Part shown: one piece after another, positions 10,620-20,709 of the stretch | Layout of the letters: each line of letters opens with the position of its first letter | Position numbering within the stretch: position 1 is the stretch's first letter | Virus record (IMG/VR): IMGVR_UViG_3300033153_006411 | Location: 1 to 64,000 of that record | Direction: 5' to 3' (one strand) | Length of the DNA: 64,000 nt | Source of the DNA: a virus | Notes under the pieces: model-generated | The model's database searches: none | Told to the model about the DNA's origin: nothing | The model's input: the letters and a program-made list of their open reading frames with translations, nothing else | Position numbers and translations under genes: made by a program

Positions 10620-11581
10620 TGAAAACATTTAACACAAACGAATTTGACATCGTTTATATGTCATATGATGAGCCGCGTGCCGAAGAGTTTTACGCAGATG
10701 TGAAAGCGAAATATCCGTGGGCAAAACACGTGCACGGTGTAAAGGGATTTGATTCTGCTCACAAAGCATGCGCAAACCTTGCGGAAACTGAAAGGTTCAT
10801 CACCATTGATGGCGACAATATAGTCGATGAAACATTCTTCAATATGGAATTCACAGTACAGGAAGACATCGAAGATTGTGTATTTTCATGGGCAGCTAGA
10901 AACCACGTGAACGGGCTTGTATACGGGAATGGTGGATTAAAATGTTGGCCACGTCAGTATGTGTTGAATATGCGCACGCACGAAAATGCTGACGAGGATA
11001 CTGCGGCGGTAGATTTCTGTTGGGATACGAAATACATTCAATTCAATGAAACATATTGTGAGACATTCACAAACGGAAGTCCGTTTCAGGCTTTCCGCGC
11101 TGGTTTCAGAGAGGGTGTCAAAATGACCCTTGACCGTGGTGTAAAAGTTCGCTTACCAGAAATTCACAGTAACAACAGCGTCCTCTGGCACGGCAACACC
11201 AAACGATTGGAAATATGGGCATCGGTGGGTGCTGATGTTGAAAACGGACTGTGGTCAGTGTACGGTACGCGTCTGGGTGCCTTCATGACCAACATGGTTG
11301 ATTGGGATCACGATGTAATTGCCGATTACGATTGGTTTTATAAATTCTGGATTGAAGAAATTGCTCCTAAATTCCAATCGAACAAACTCAATGTTGATAT
11401 GGACATGTATTGTCCGTATACGAAATACAAATGGAGTTACGAACTCTTGTGGGACGCAACTTGCCGGTTGGGACAACCACTCCGCCGGTCCATGGGATTT
11501 AATGTTGGTGACCTTGATGAAGAGGCATCGCGGTTTTTCAAACACGTTTATGTTGCGCCGAGTCGGACAGGATATGACTAA
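10616..11581 (+). CDS. Glycosyltransferase-like protein (paralog of 14104)
   Basis: 'DIVYMSYDEP', 'FITIDGDN' DxD, 'NGLVYGNGGLK' and 'AGFREGVK', all shared with 14104. Confidence 0.6.
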   Translation: MMKTFNTNEFDIVYMSYDEPRAEEFYADVKAKYPWAKHVHGVKGFDSAHKACANLAETERFITIDGDNIVDETFFNMEFTVQEDIEDCVFSWAARNHVNGLVYGNGGLKCWPRQYVLNMRTHENADEDTAAVDFCWDTKYIQFNETYCETFTNGSPFQAFRAGFREGVKMTLDRGVKVRLPEIHSNNSVLWHGNTKRLEIWASVGADVENGLWSVYGTRLGAFMTNMVDWDHDVIADYDWFYKFWIEEIAPKFQSNKLNVDMDMYCPYTKYKWSYELLWDATCRLGQPLRRSMGFNVGDLDEEASRFFKHVYVAPSRTGYD

Positions 11582-12978
11582 TGTCTGACGATTTACTAAA
11601 ATTTAAGCAAGATGTAATGGATGCAATTTCTCCAACCTTTTGTGCGTCCAAATGGTATGACGCTGTTATCTTTTTAAACGAAGGAAACACGAAATCTTGT
11701 CATCATACTCAGGCTCATCAAATCAATTCCGTTGAAGTAGAATTCAATCCGTCTGCATTACACAACACCGACGACAAAAAAGAACAGCGCAAACAAATGA
11801 TGGCGGGCGAACGACCCGACGCGTGCCGATATTGTTGGAACGCAGAAGATTCAATGGAAGACGATGTGTATGCTGACCGCATTCCATACACCCGAAGATT
11901 CTCCGATGAAGATATTCAAATCGCAGCGGATTCCGCAGTGGGTTGGGATTCCCATTTGCGTACACTCGAAATATCTTTCGACCGCACATGTAATTTTGCG
12001 TGCTCGTATTGTAGCCCTCGGTTCTCTACTACATGGGCTAAAGACATCAAGAAAAACGGTGGATATATTCTCAGAACGAACTCACCATATTATGGAAACG
12101 ATGGATCAGAAGTAGCTGAACCCTACGGAAGATATAACGAAGGTAATCCATATTTGGAAGCCTTCTGGAAATGGTGGCCAGAACTTTCACAGACTCTAGA
12201 GCAATTCCGTATTACAGGTGGTGAACCAATAATGAGTGCTTCCTTCTGGAGACTGGTGGAGACGATCAAAAGGGAAGGGGTTCGTGATGACATGCTCATT
12301 TCGGTGAACTCCAATTTAGGTTCAAAAAAGAGTCTAATTTCCGACCTGATTGACTTCACAAATTCCATTTCCCGTTTCTCATTATTCACATCCTGCGAAG
12401 CCCACGGTGACGCGGCAGAATATTTGCGAGATGGGTTAGATTACGATTATTGGCTCAAAAATATATCCAGAGTGATGACCGAGGGGAACGTAGAACAGAC
12501 CACTATTATGACCACCATTACGGCGGTCGCCCTGTATTCGTTCACAGAGTTTCTGGATGACATATTAAAACTACGGGAAGCCGGTGATCATAACATATTG
12601 ATTTCATTTAACTTATTGAAAGCCCCACCCTTCATGTCGGTTTTGATTTTACCAGAAGAAATGCGTGATGAACGTGCGACGGCCCTCGAAGTATGGGGGA
12701 AACAGAATAGTGAAAGGTTATCGTACTGGGAAACTAATGGCGTTAAGAAAGTTGTAGCATTCCTCCGCGAAGGGGCTGATCCCCTGTGGACGGACGATAT
12801 CAAGAGCCGAATGTCAAATGAACTTGACTTCTATCTGTTTTATAGGCAGTATGATGAAAGGCGGGATAAATCCTTCCAAGAAACTTTTCCTTCAGACTTG
12901 GTAGAATGGTACGAAGAACTAGCCGACCAATATGAAGAAGATATTAACAAGTATCACAAGTTTCGTGGTACAATGTAG
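11581..12978 (+). CDS. Radical SAM enzyme with N-terminal SPASM/twitch-like Cys cluster
   Basis: CNFACSYC motif and 'TGGEP'; N-terminal C..KW / SCHH / CRYC. Confidence 0.9.
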   Translation: MSDDLLKFKQDVMDAISPTFCASKWYDAVIFLNEGNTKSCHHTQAHQINSVEVEFNPSALHNTDDKKEQRKQMMAGERPDACRYCWNAEDSMEDDVYADRIPYTRRFSDEDIQIAADSAVGWDSHLRTLEISFDRTCNFACSYCSPRFSTTWAKDIKKNGGYILRTNSPYYGNDGSEVAEPYGRYNEGNPYLEAFWKWWPELSQTLEQFRITGGEPIMSASFWRLVETIKREGVRDDMLISVNSNLGSKKSLISDLIDFTNSISRFSLFTSCEAHGDAAEYLRDGLDYDYWLKNISRVMTEGNVEQTTIMTTITAVALYSFTEFLDDILKLREAGDHNILISFNLLKAPPFMSVLILPEEMRDERATALEVWGKQNSERLSYWETNGVKKVVAFLREGADPLWTDDIKSRMSNELDFYLFYRQYDERRDKSFQETFPSDLVEWYEELADQYEEDINKYHKFRGTM

Positions 12979-12991
12979 CAGGAGATAAGCA

Positions 12992-14101
12992 ATGAGCAAT
13001 GGGTCATCAGCAGCACCTTCGTTTTCAGCGAGCATGTCGCAAGAGGACGATGTAGATACAGAAATCGCCGTAGCATCGCAGAGCGATGATGAATTAACCA
13101 AATCGATCCAGCGGGCTCAGCGCCACTGGGGTACGAACCCCGAAGGTACATTATACTGGGGAACCAGTAATGTCGAAGATATGGTTCCACCGGGATTATA
13201 TAAATGTGGACAGCGCGACGATGTTGGTCCATGTTTCCAAAAACTCATGATCGAAACCGACGCACTCATCCAACTCCCTGATATGGTCTGCAACGAAGTC
13301 ATTGCGCAGATCAAACAATTCTGGTCAGACGAAGTGAAGGAAGCAATGGAAACACGTGGCTTCATGCACAAGCGTGGAATTATGATGTACGGAGAACCCG
13401 GTTCCGGTAAAACATGTACCATCCAAATGCTCGTGCAAATGCTCATCAATAATGGCGGCATCGCCATCTACGCCGAAGACCCCGGCGTCCTATCAAATTG
13501 CCTTCAGTTACTCCGCCGCATTGAACCCAACCGTCCGGTCATCGTTATTCTCGAAGACTTCGACACCCTGACAGACCGTGACCGCCGCGAAAACAATTGG
13601 CTGGCTGTTCTCGATGGTGAAGCGCAAATCAAAAACGTCGTATTCTTGGCTACCACCAACTACATCGAAAACATCGACAAGCGCTTCGTAGATCGCCCGT
13701 CACGCTTTGATATCATTATGCCTGTCCCGATGCCCTCGGCTCGTGCTCGTGCCGCGTACATCAAGTACAAGGAGCCGTCGTTAACCGATGACGAACTGTT
13801 CGATTGGGTTCAGCAATCAGAAGGTTTCAGCATCGCTCACGTAAAGGAGATAATTGTCTCTGTATTGTGTTTCGGCAAAACTCTGGATGAAACTGTCCGG
13901 CGTCTTAATACCCAACGGAAGCGCGAATTCAAAAATACAACGCTGGAAAATGAAGCCAAGGGTTCTACTGGTATTGGTTTTACCAGTGATGGTGGAAGTA
14001 AGGGTGCATTTCCGAACCGCACTTCGTTCGATACCTTCCTTGAGGAATTGGAAGGTTGGGAGTACATTGTATCTGAAGAGGTAGAATCCACAGAGGTATA
14101 A
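12992..14101 (+). CDS. AAA+ ATPase
   Basis: Walker A GEPGSGKT, Walker B ILEDFD, 'ATTN', and 'RPSRFD' arginine finger. Confidence 0.9.
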   Translation: MSNGSSAAPSFSASMSQEDDVDTEIAVASQSDDELTKSIQRAQRHWGTNPEGTLYWGTSNVEDMVPPGLYKCGQRDDVGPCFQKLMIETDALIQLPDMVCNEVIAQIKQFWSDEVKEAMETRGFMHKRGIMMYGEPGSGKTCTIQMLVQMLINNGGIAIYAEDPGVLSNCLQLLRRIEPNRPVIVILEDFDTLTDRDRRENNWLAVLDGEAQIKNVVFLATTNYIENIDKRFVDRPSRFDIIMPVPMPSARARAAYIKYKEPSLTDDELFDWVQQSEGFSIAHVKEIIVSVLCFGKTLDETVRRLNTQRKREFKNTTLENEAKGSTGIGFTSDGGSKGAFPNRTSFDTFLEELEGWEYIVSEEVESTEV

Positions 14102-14103
14102 TC

Positions 14104-14790
14104 ATGTATGACATTGTATTTCTATCATACAATGAACCGAATGCAGCAGAGCACTGGGAATTAGTTAAAAGCCGATTCCCACGTGCTCGGCACGTTTCTG
14201 GTATAAAAGGAATTCCAAACGCTCATCGCACTGCTGCCGAGCGATGCAAGACCCGATATTTCTGGGTCATCGATGCAGACAATATCGTCCATCCTGATTT
14301 TGACTTTTCGTTTCGTTGGCGTCGTTCCGATGAGCGACAAGACCGCGTAGCCGTTTGGAAAGCAAGAAACAATGTCAACGGACTCGAATATGGTTACGGG
14401 GGAATTAAACTATTACCGCGCCGAGTCGTATTAGAGATGCCGAATAACATCGTTGATTTCACCACCAGTATTAGCGATCACTTCTTTCCCATGGGTGAAG
14501 TCGCATCAACCACGGTAATTAATTCATCGCCCTTCGAAGCATGGAAGGCTGGATTTCGCGAATGTGTGAAACTAGCTTCCGGTGCGATCAAATCGAATCA
14601 CCCAGAGGAAGACGGACAACGGGCGGAACAGTGGATGGCAATAACGCTCGATGTTCCAAATGCCAATCAATGTATCGAAGGTGCAAAAGCTGGCTACCGG
14701 TATGGTTGGGATAATGCGGATGATCCGAAGGCATTGGCTAAGATAAACGATTGGGAGTGGCTACAAGCGAGGTTTACCCGTCATGATTGA
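14104..14790 (+). CDS. Glycosyltransferase-like protein (paralog of 10616)
   Basis: 'FWVIDADN' DxD plus the shared motifs. Confidence 0.6.
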   Translation: MYDIVFLSYNEPNAAEHWELVKSRFPRARHVSGIKGIPNAHRTAAERCKTRYFWVIDADNIVHPDFDFSFRWRRSDERQDRVAVWKARNNVNGLEYGYGGIKLLPRRVVLEMPNNIVDFTTSISDHFFPMGEVASTTVINSSPFEAWKAGFRECVKLASGAIKSNHPEEDGQRAEQWMAITLDVPNANQCIEGAKAGYRYGWDNADDPKALAKINDWEWLQARFTRHD

Positions 14791-15418
14791 TTCAATTAAA
14801 GTATTACGCGGACTCGAAGAGATGTATCCAGAAAAGAGCTTCATCAGCCGACTTCTGTGCTGCATAGAAAACTATCCTGAGTTGAACTGGGAAGATGCAA
14901 TGTCGCGTGGACAAATCAGATCAAAACTGTGGCTCCTAAAACAACTTCGGTTAGAGAACCGTGTCCACTTGGGGCGGGTAGCAATCTGTGGTGGATGGGT
15001 TGGTATGCTATCCCGACTGATGCTCGATCATGATGTAATCCAAACAACACACATTCATTCTATGGACACCGCCCGTGGTGCTACTATTGCAGCGGGAGAA
15101 TTGAATTATGAATATTTTGTGGAAGATGAGTTTTCCGCAACTGCCGTAAATTGTCATGATGTGATCTATAACGACTACGATACCATTATAAACACAAGTT
15201 GTGAACACTTCGATAACTTTGACGGTTGGTTTAATAGAATTCCGAGTGGGAAAATGGTAATACTCCAGTCAAACAACTTCACCGAAATAGAAGATCACGT
15301 TGACTGCGTGCATAGCGTCAACGAATTGGTCAACAAGGCAGGGCTTCGTACTGTGATCTACAGTGGTGAATTGCCTTGCTACGGGTACATACGGTACATG
15401 GTTATAGGTATAAAATGA
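14783..15418 (+). CDS. Class I SAM-dependent methyltransferase-like protein
   Basis: 'VAICGGWVG' Gly-rich motif I, 'SMD', and 'IINTSCEH'. Confidence 0.6.
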   Translation: MIDSIKVLRGLEEMYPEKSFISRLLCCIENYPELNWEDAMSRGQIRSKLWLLKQLRLENRVHLGRVAICGGWVGMLSRLMLDHDVIQTTHIHSMDTARGATIAAGELNYEYFVEDEFSATAVNCHDVIYNDYDTIINTSCEHFDNFDGWFNRIPSGKMVILQSNNFTEIEDHVDCVHSVNELVNKAGLRTVIYSGELPCYGYIRYMVIGIK

Positions 15419-16335
15419 AGGAAGTCACAATCACCAAAACGTTTGACAATGGTCCGGTAATTAATGATTACACCGTTGCAGAAATGAAGGCTAATAGTTT
15501 CAACCTTTTTCAGGATTGGACATGCACGGTCGGCACGAATTGCATCTATATAGATTTTGATGGAATGGTGTGGCGCGGTCCGTGCCGCGTTGGTGGTAAA
15601 CTCGGTAATATGCTGAGTGATTGGAAAATACCCGATACACCAATCGTGTGCGATAGGTGGACATGTGACTGTGGTACCGGTATTAAATTACCTAAGTGGT
15701 GCGATAACGAACGGCATGAAGAAATGTACCGCGTAGAGCCAATCGAAGAGCAGGTGTTTAACGTGCAATGGGATTTAGGTCGGAAATGTAATTATGATTG
15801 CTCGTATTGTTGGCCGACCAGTCACAACAAAACCGACAAGTGGGTCTCGATTGAAGTGTTGAAAAAGGTGGTGGATAAAATAGGTGAACAGCATACTGGA
15901 AAAATGCAATTCAATTTTGCCGGTGGTGAACCAACACTCCATCCCGACTTTTTGGAACTGTGCTCATATATCTGGGCAAGGGGACATCACATTCACGTGC
16001 AAACCAATGGCACCATGAATGTCATCAAGGCGAGACAACTTGCCTTGGTTGCTGAAATCTCGATCTCGGTTCATTTTGAGTTTGCCAACTACGAAAAACT
16101 GATTAACAACATAAGAGCTATTTTGAGTGCTGGAGGAAAGCTGGAAATCAAAATGATGATCAATGCTACGGGTAACTCATTTTATGCAGCACTTGATTTT
16201 AAACGATATATTGAAGGGGTACCATTCATCAAAAGGGCACGAGTTATCATGTCACCACTGCGTGATCCCAAGACCAACGACTTGATGGGATACACACCAA
16301 AACAAATAGAGGAATTTGGGGATGTCGAATTTTGA
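15415..16335 (+). CDS. Radical SAM enzyme with N-terminal SPASM-like domain
   Basis: CNYDCSYC, 'AGGEPTLHP' and 'TNG'; N-terminal 'C..G...YIDFDG.V..GPC...C...C.C'. Confidence 0.9.
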   Translation: MKEVTITKTFDNGPVINDYTVAEMKANSFNLFQDWTCTVGTNCIYIDFDGMVWRGPCRVGGKLGNMLSDWKIPDTPIVCDRWTCDCGTGIKLPKWCDNERHEEMYRVEPIEEQVFNVQWDLGRKCNYDCSYCWPTSHNKTDKWVSIEVLKKVVDKIGEQHTGKMQFNFAGGEPTLHPDFLELCSYIWARGHHIHVQTNGTMNVIKARQLALVAEISISVHFEFANYEKLINNIRAILSAGGKLEIKMMINATGNSFYAALDFKRYIEGVPFIKRARVIMSPLRDPKTNDLMGYTPKQIEEFGDVEF

Positions 16336-16768
16336 AATACTAACGTGGGAACAAGTTAAGCCTATCTGGGATACCCATTTATGGCCCGGACGCGATAGTG
16401 AGCCCGTAACGTCGATGCAGTATTTTGGTGGATACGATATGCAATATAAAGATGAAGAGCCTCATTTCATCGGTTTCTCTGATATCGGTGGAGAAATAAT
16501 TGCGGTCAATAGTTATGTCCGCAACAAGGCGCAAACATGGCGCAGTCGTGGGTTATGGGTACATCCAAGATTCCGTGGGTGTGGGTACGCCAGAGACCTA
16601 CTGCTGTACATGATAAAGGATGTCAAAACACGGGGTGGTGATTGGATATGGACCATGCCACGCAGGGGTGCACTCGAAGCATATGAGTCTGCTGGATTTA
16701 TACAGACCACTGATTGGGAAAAACAGGGTTGGGGCGTAAACTGCTATGCGAAATACGATATCAGATGA
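16322..16768 (+). CDS. GNAT acetyltransferase
   Basis: 'GLWVHPRFRGCGYA' acetyl-CoA motif A and 'YESAGF'. Confidence 0.85.
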   Translation: MSNFEILTWEQVKPIWDTHLWPGRDSEPVTSMQYFGGYDMQYKDEEPHFIGFSDIGGEIIAVNSYVRNKAQTWRSRGLWVHPRFRGCGYARDLLLYMIKDVKTRGGDWIWTMPRRGALEAYESAGFIQTTDWEKQGWGVNCYAKYDIR

Positions 16769-17718
16769 AACAATTATTTAATTACACGCATGAGAACCAC
16801 TTCGCGTTCGGATACAAATTCAATGATCATCATTATTGGATGGGACCGAAGGCGTCCGACGTGGAGGGGGCCACGTTTGCCGTGGGTTATGGGAGGTGCC
16901 AGTACGAGGCAACGAACTTCAAGGTAGAATGCTACCGTGCTGCACGTCTAATACACGAGAGCAGCGATGAGATTGTGAATGTCATGTTCTCTGGTGGAAA
17001 CGAAAGCGAGATCGTTGTGCGCTCCTTCCATGACCAACAGATACCATTTAAGGTTAGTATCCTGAAATTCAAACAGAATCTCAACCTGCATGATATTTCC
17101 TTTGCTGTGGTGTTTTGTGAACAACGAAAAATTCCATACCGTATTTTCGAACTTGATATCAAGGATTTTTGGGACGACGAAGTTTACGAATACGCAAAAC
17201 GAACACAATGTCCGACTCCGCAACTTCCATCAGCTATGTGGCTCGCTGACCAAATCGACGGACTTCCAGTTATGGGATCGGGCGAACCATATATAGCCAA
17301 GATTATACCAGACGATTATGTTCCGGGTGAATCCCCATACGAACCAAGTGAATGGCAATTCCAAGAAAAAGAACGCATTCAGGCATGGTACCGACATTTC
17401 CTAATTCAGGAACGTCCGGCAGTTCCGGGTTTTTTCCAATACACACCCGAACTAATGTACTCGTTCCTTAACAGCCCCATCGTGCGCGAACTAGTCAACA
17501 ACGAGAGGCATGGGAAACTATCTTCTGTCTCGACCAAGGGAGAAACATACCGCTTATGGTTTGCTGATATGATCCCCCGACCCAAGTTTAGTGGGTTCGA
17601 GAAAGTCATGGACTGGGAAGTAATCGCCCGTGAAGCACTAACAGAAAAATACGGGATGTATGATCGTGTAGTGAGTGTGGAGTATCATAAGTTTCTTGAT
17701 AATTTGCGATATGGTTGA
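16765..17718 (+). CDS. PP-loop/adenine nucleotide alpha-hydrolase-like protein
   Basis: 'VMFSGGNESE' resembles SGGxDS; paralogous to 18862. Confidence 0.45.
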   Translation: MKQLFNYTHENHFAFGYKFNDHHYWMGPKASDVEGATFAVGYGRCQYEATNFKVECYRAARLIHESSDEIVNVMFSGGNESEIVVRSFHDQQIPFKVSILKFKQNLNLHDISFAVVFCEQRKIPYRIFELDIKDFWDDEVYEYAKRTQCPTPQLPSAMWLADQIDGLPVMGSGEPYIAKIIPDDYVPGESPYEPSEWQFQEKERIQAWYRHFLIQERPAVPGFFQYTPELMYSFLNSPIVRELVNNERHGKLSSVSTKGETYRLWFADMIPRPKFSGFEKVMDWEVIAREALTEKYGMYDRVVSVEYHKFLDNLRYG

Positions 17719-18214
17719 GTTCAAGGTAATTAATTTCGATGAGTGGCGGCAGCGCATGCAGCCATTATGGCCGTGGAATACTGATTGGCATTGGATACCG
17801 ATTATCAATAACCCGTATGGCCAGATTCAGTATACGGGATGCGAGGCGTTCAAACGTGTCATCATGTTCCCTGTGATGTGTACTGTGAACGGAACTCCTG
17901 CCGCGTATACGAGTGTGTTTAACATCTCGGATACTCATCTACGATTGCGGGGAGTTTATACGGAGCCCGAATTCAGAGGGCAAGGGCTCGTCGCCCCAAT
18001 GCTTGACTGGGCATGCAATTTATTTCCAGAGCCATGGCATACTGCTATTGGGTATGGACGAGAAACGAGTCTGGATTACTTTCTGAAGGTTTGGTTTGAT
18101 GAAGTAATGCCTAATTACAGTAGTAGAAGAAGATATGAACACAGCGCGGAGGATTTATCTAATGGTGATCCTACCGTCACTTTAATGAGGAGAAAATTCC
18201 GTGATATTTCATGA
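17711..18214 (+). CDS. GNAT acetyltransferase
   Basis: 'RGVYTEPEFRGQGL' motif A. Confidence 0.8.
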   Translation: MVEFKVINFDEWRQRMQPLWPWNTDWHWIPIINNPYGQIQYTGCEAFKRVIMFPVMCTVNGTPAAYTSVFNISDTHLRLRGVYTEPEFRGQGLVAPMLDWACNLFPEPWHTAIGYGRETSLDYFLKVWFDEVMPNYSSRRRYEHSAEDLSNGDPTVTLMRRKFRDIS

Positions 18215-18881
18215 AAAACTAAATTTAAAATTCGATACTGAAGCGATGCAGCGAGAAGTCGTAACAATTCAACAAACCCTCGGGAATCGGATAGGTCATG
18301 GTACGGCTTTCGGTGGATGGGCACTTCAATCCCAAGACGGTGATTGGCGTAGTGGTTTTGAAAAGGGTGGATACTACAGAGCAGAAGGTGGCAGTCTCGT
18401 CGCATGGGAGAAAACACTACCGGTACAAGAATACTCCAAACGAACCGATGCATGTGTTGGGATATTCGCAGAGATAATTGATGAATTAGAAGAAAAAGGA
18501 TTTTATCCGCTCCGATCCCGTATCACCGTTTTTGATCCCGGACAGGCAACCATGTGGCATACGGATGCAATTCCCGAAATGTTTAGCGTTCGTATTCACA
18601 TCCCGTTTATTACCAACCTTGATTGCCGCTTTGAAGTAGAGGATGTGGGTGCTGTACATATGCCAGCGGACGGACATGGGCATTTGGTTGATGTGTCTAC
18701 CATGCATCGTGCATATAATAGGGGAGACACAATCCGTATGCATTTCTTGGCGCAAGTTTGGCCCACGAATTATTCCGAGCGCTTCATAGTGACCGAGAGC
18801 CAAAAGGACATATCAAGTTACCACAACGTGAAGGGACATAAGATATATCAGCAGGTGATGCGTGACAGAGCGAAAGGCTGA
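18201..18881 (+). CDS. 2OG-Fe(II) oxygenase (AspH-like)
   Basis: 'WHTD...RIHIP...H.A.N.G...R.H' facial triad pattern. Confidence 0.8.
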   Translation: MIFHEKLNLKFDTEAMQREVVTIQQTLGNRIGHGTAFGGWALQSQDGDWRSGFEKGGYYRAEGGSLVAWEKTLPVQEYSKRTDACVGIFAEIIDELEEKGFYPLRSRITVFDPGQATMWHTDAIPEMFSVRIHIPFITNLDCRFEVEDVGAVHMPADGHGHLVDVSTMHRAYNRGDTIRMHFLAQVWPTNYSERFIVTESQKDISSYHNVKGHKIYQQVMRDRAKG

Positions 18882-19872
18882 AAAATTCATAGCCGACAAC
18901 ATTCAGAAATATGGGCTGGCTGGTAGCAACACACCACACAACGAACCCAAATTTCCGAGGCTTCAGGGAAGCTCCGCTCTCTACTTCTCAAAGAAGAACC
19001 ACTTCGTATGGGGATATAATGGTGACAGTTATACCAACCGCCGTTCGTCCTCGTGTATGTATTATACCGACTATATAAAACAACCATCCACCGGCTCGAT
19101 ATTGTCACTGGATCGCTCGTTGGTGGATATCGCAGAACAAATGAGAAAGTCCATCGGCGAGTGGAACAATGTTATGATTGTCAATCGGGGGAGGTTCGAA
19201 GATTACGCATTCATCGAGGCGTGCAAAGAAGCAAAAGTCAAATTCAATCAAGTTATCTTGAGGTACGGTCGAAAGTGGGCTACTCCCTTTGATATGGTGG
19301 TTCCATTCTCGACTGTACATATCACACCGGAACGGTTGATAGATACCGCACGTGTCGTAGTACCGTGGTTGCGCACCAAATCTATAGATGTCATTCAAGA
19401 CATCGCCATCTCGCGCCTCATGACGGAGGAACGATTAATATATCCAACCCGAATGAGATTCGTAAATCACAACCACGATGGTGAAAAGGTATGTGGTCCC
19501 GCATACTGGGCGTTGTGTGATGCAGAAGAGGATACGGCACTACTACGGTATGATTTCTTTAAGGAGGGGATGACACGCCTTACAACAAATTTAGCCACGT
19601 GGTCACCAGAACTAATAGAGTCACAACTCGATCATCCCGAAATGAAACGTTGCATGACCAGAACCACAGCAAACGCCGATTTAGCCACGGAAAATATGTG
19701 GAAAAGTGTTTCTCCAGAGCCATACGAATTCACGGACAAACCACGTTGGTGGGAAGGAGTTCAGGAAGAAATCAATGAAATGCACGACGGTGGGAAGTAT
19801 AATGAAAAATGGCACACACCAGCACACCGACTACTCGGTTACGGGAGTGCTTCATATGGAACTGTCAAATAA
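18862..19872 (+). CDS. Hypothetical protein, diverged paralog of 16765
   Basis: Shares 'NHF.(W/F)GY' and '(W/Y).PEL' motifs with 16765; the PP-loop is absent. Confidence 0.5.
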   Translation: MTERKAEKFIADNIQKYGLAGSNTPHNEPKFPRLQGSSALYFSKKNHFVWGYNGDSYTNRRSSSCMYYTDYIKQPSTGSILSLDRSLVDIAEQMRKSIGEWNNVMIVNRGRFEDYAFIEACKEAKVKFNQVILRYGRKWATPFDMVVPFSTVHITPERLIDTARVVVPWLRTKSIDVIQDIAISRLMTEERLIYPTRMRFVNHNHDGEKVCGPAYWALCDAEEDTALLRYDFFKEGMTRLTTNLATWSPELIESQLDHPEMKRCMTRTTANADLATENMWKSVSPEPYEFTDKPRWWEGVQEEINEMHDGGKYNEKWHTPAHRLLGYGSASYGTVK

Positions 19873-19908
19873 GTACACTTGAACCACCAACTACGAGGAA
19901 CTATATTA

Positions 19909-20709
19909 ATGATTATGGATATACTGTCTGCTGAAGAACCAATTTTTGTGTGTGGTGTTCCCAAATCGGGAACAACTATGGTTGGGCAAATATTAGCCAA
20001 CAACCCCGACCTTCAAACCGATTCTGACATCGTACCGGCTTTGGATTTCATACGTCATGTTGAAAAGACCTATAAAGATTTCTTCTTCTTTAATGAACAA
20101 CCCGGAACCATTTTGGGAGATATGGACAAGTATTGGACAGATAATGATTACAGAGAATGGCACTTACTGAACCTCGAATATTTCAAGAGTATACACTACA
20201 GTTACCGGATGGGTGCGAGACACTGGGGTTCTTCGAGTCCGCTCTGTTATCAGCATACATCACTCTTATGGAAGTGGTTTCCGAAAGCCGTATTCTTAAT
20301 GGTTATGAGAGACCCCAGAGATCAATGGAGTAGTTTCAAACACCTGCACATGCGAAAGGGTGCTGATTCGTGGAAAAGTTTCAACTATTGTCACGTCACC
20401 CTCCCGTCGAGGGGAGATAATCATCCACAAATCAAATTTGTAGAATATCATGAAGTGGTACACAACCCGACAATAGTATTTGATACACTCGGATTATCTG
20501 TCCCAGAAAACTGTACTAAGGGTATGCGTGACATATTTCTCTGCCGTACCCACGGAAATGCCGACATGATTGATGAATTACGTCGCGGCACGGATATGAT
20601 AACATCCCGAATCGGGCGATGGAAACGCGACCTGAACGGGGATGAAATTCGAAGATGTACGGAAGCATTCCCAAAAGAATGTGAATATTACGATAATTTA
20701 GACTTATGA
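19909..20709 (+). CDS. Sulfotransferase (PAPS-dependent)
   Basis: 5'-PSB motif 'GVPKSGTT', 3'-PB motif 'RDPRDQWSS', and 'IGRWK..L'. Confidence 0.85.
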   Translation: MIMDILSAEEPIFVCGVPKSGTTMVGQILANNPDLQTDSDIVPALDFIRHVEKTYKDFFFFNEQPGTILGDMDKYWTDNDYREWHLLNLEYFKSIHYSYRMGARHWGSSSPLCYQHTSLLWKWFPKAVFLMVMRDPRDQWSSFKHLHMRKGADSWKSFNYCHVTLPSRGDNHPQIKFVEYHEVVHNPTIVFDTLGLSVPENCTKGMRDIFLCRTHGNADMIDELRRGTDMITSRIGRWKRDLNGDEIRRCTEAFPKECEYYDNLDL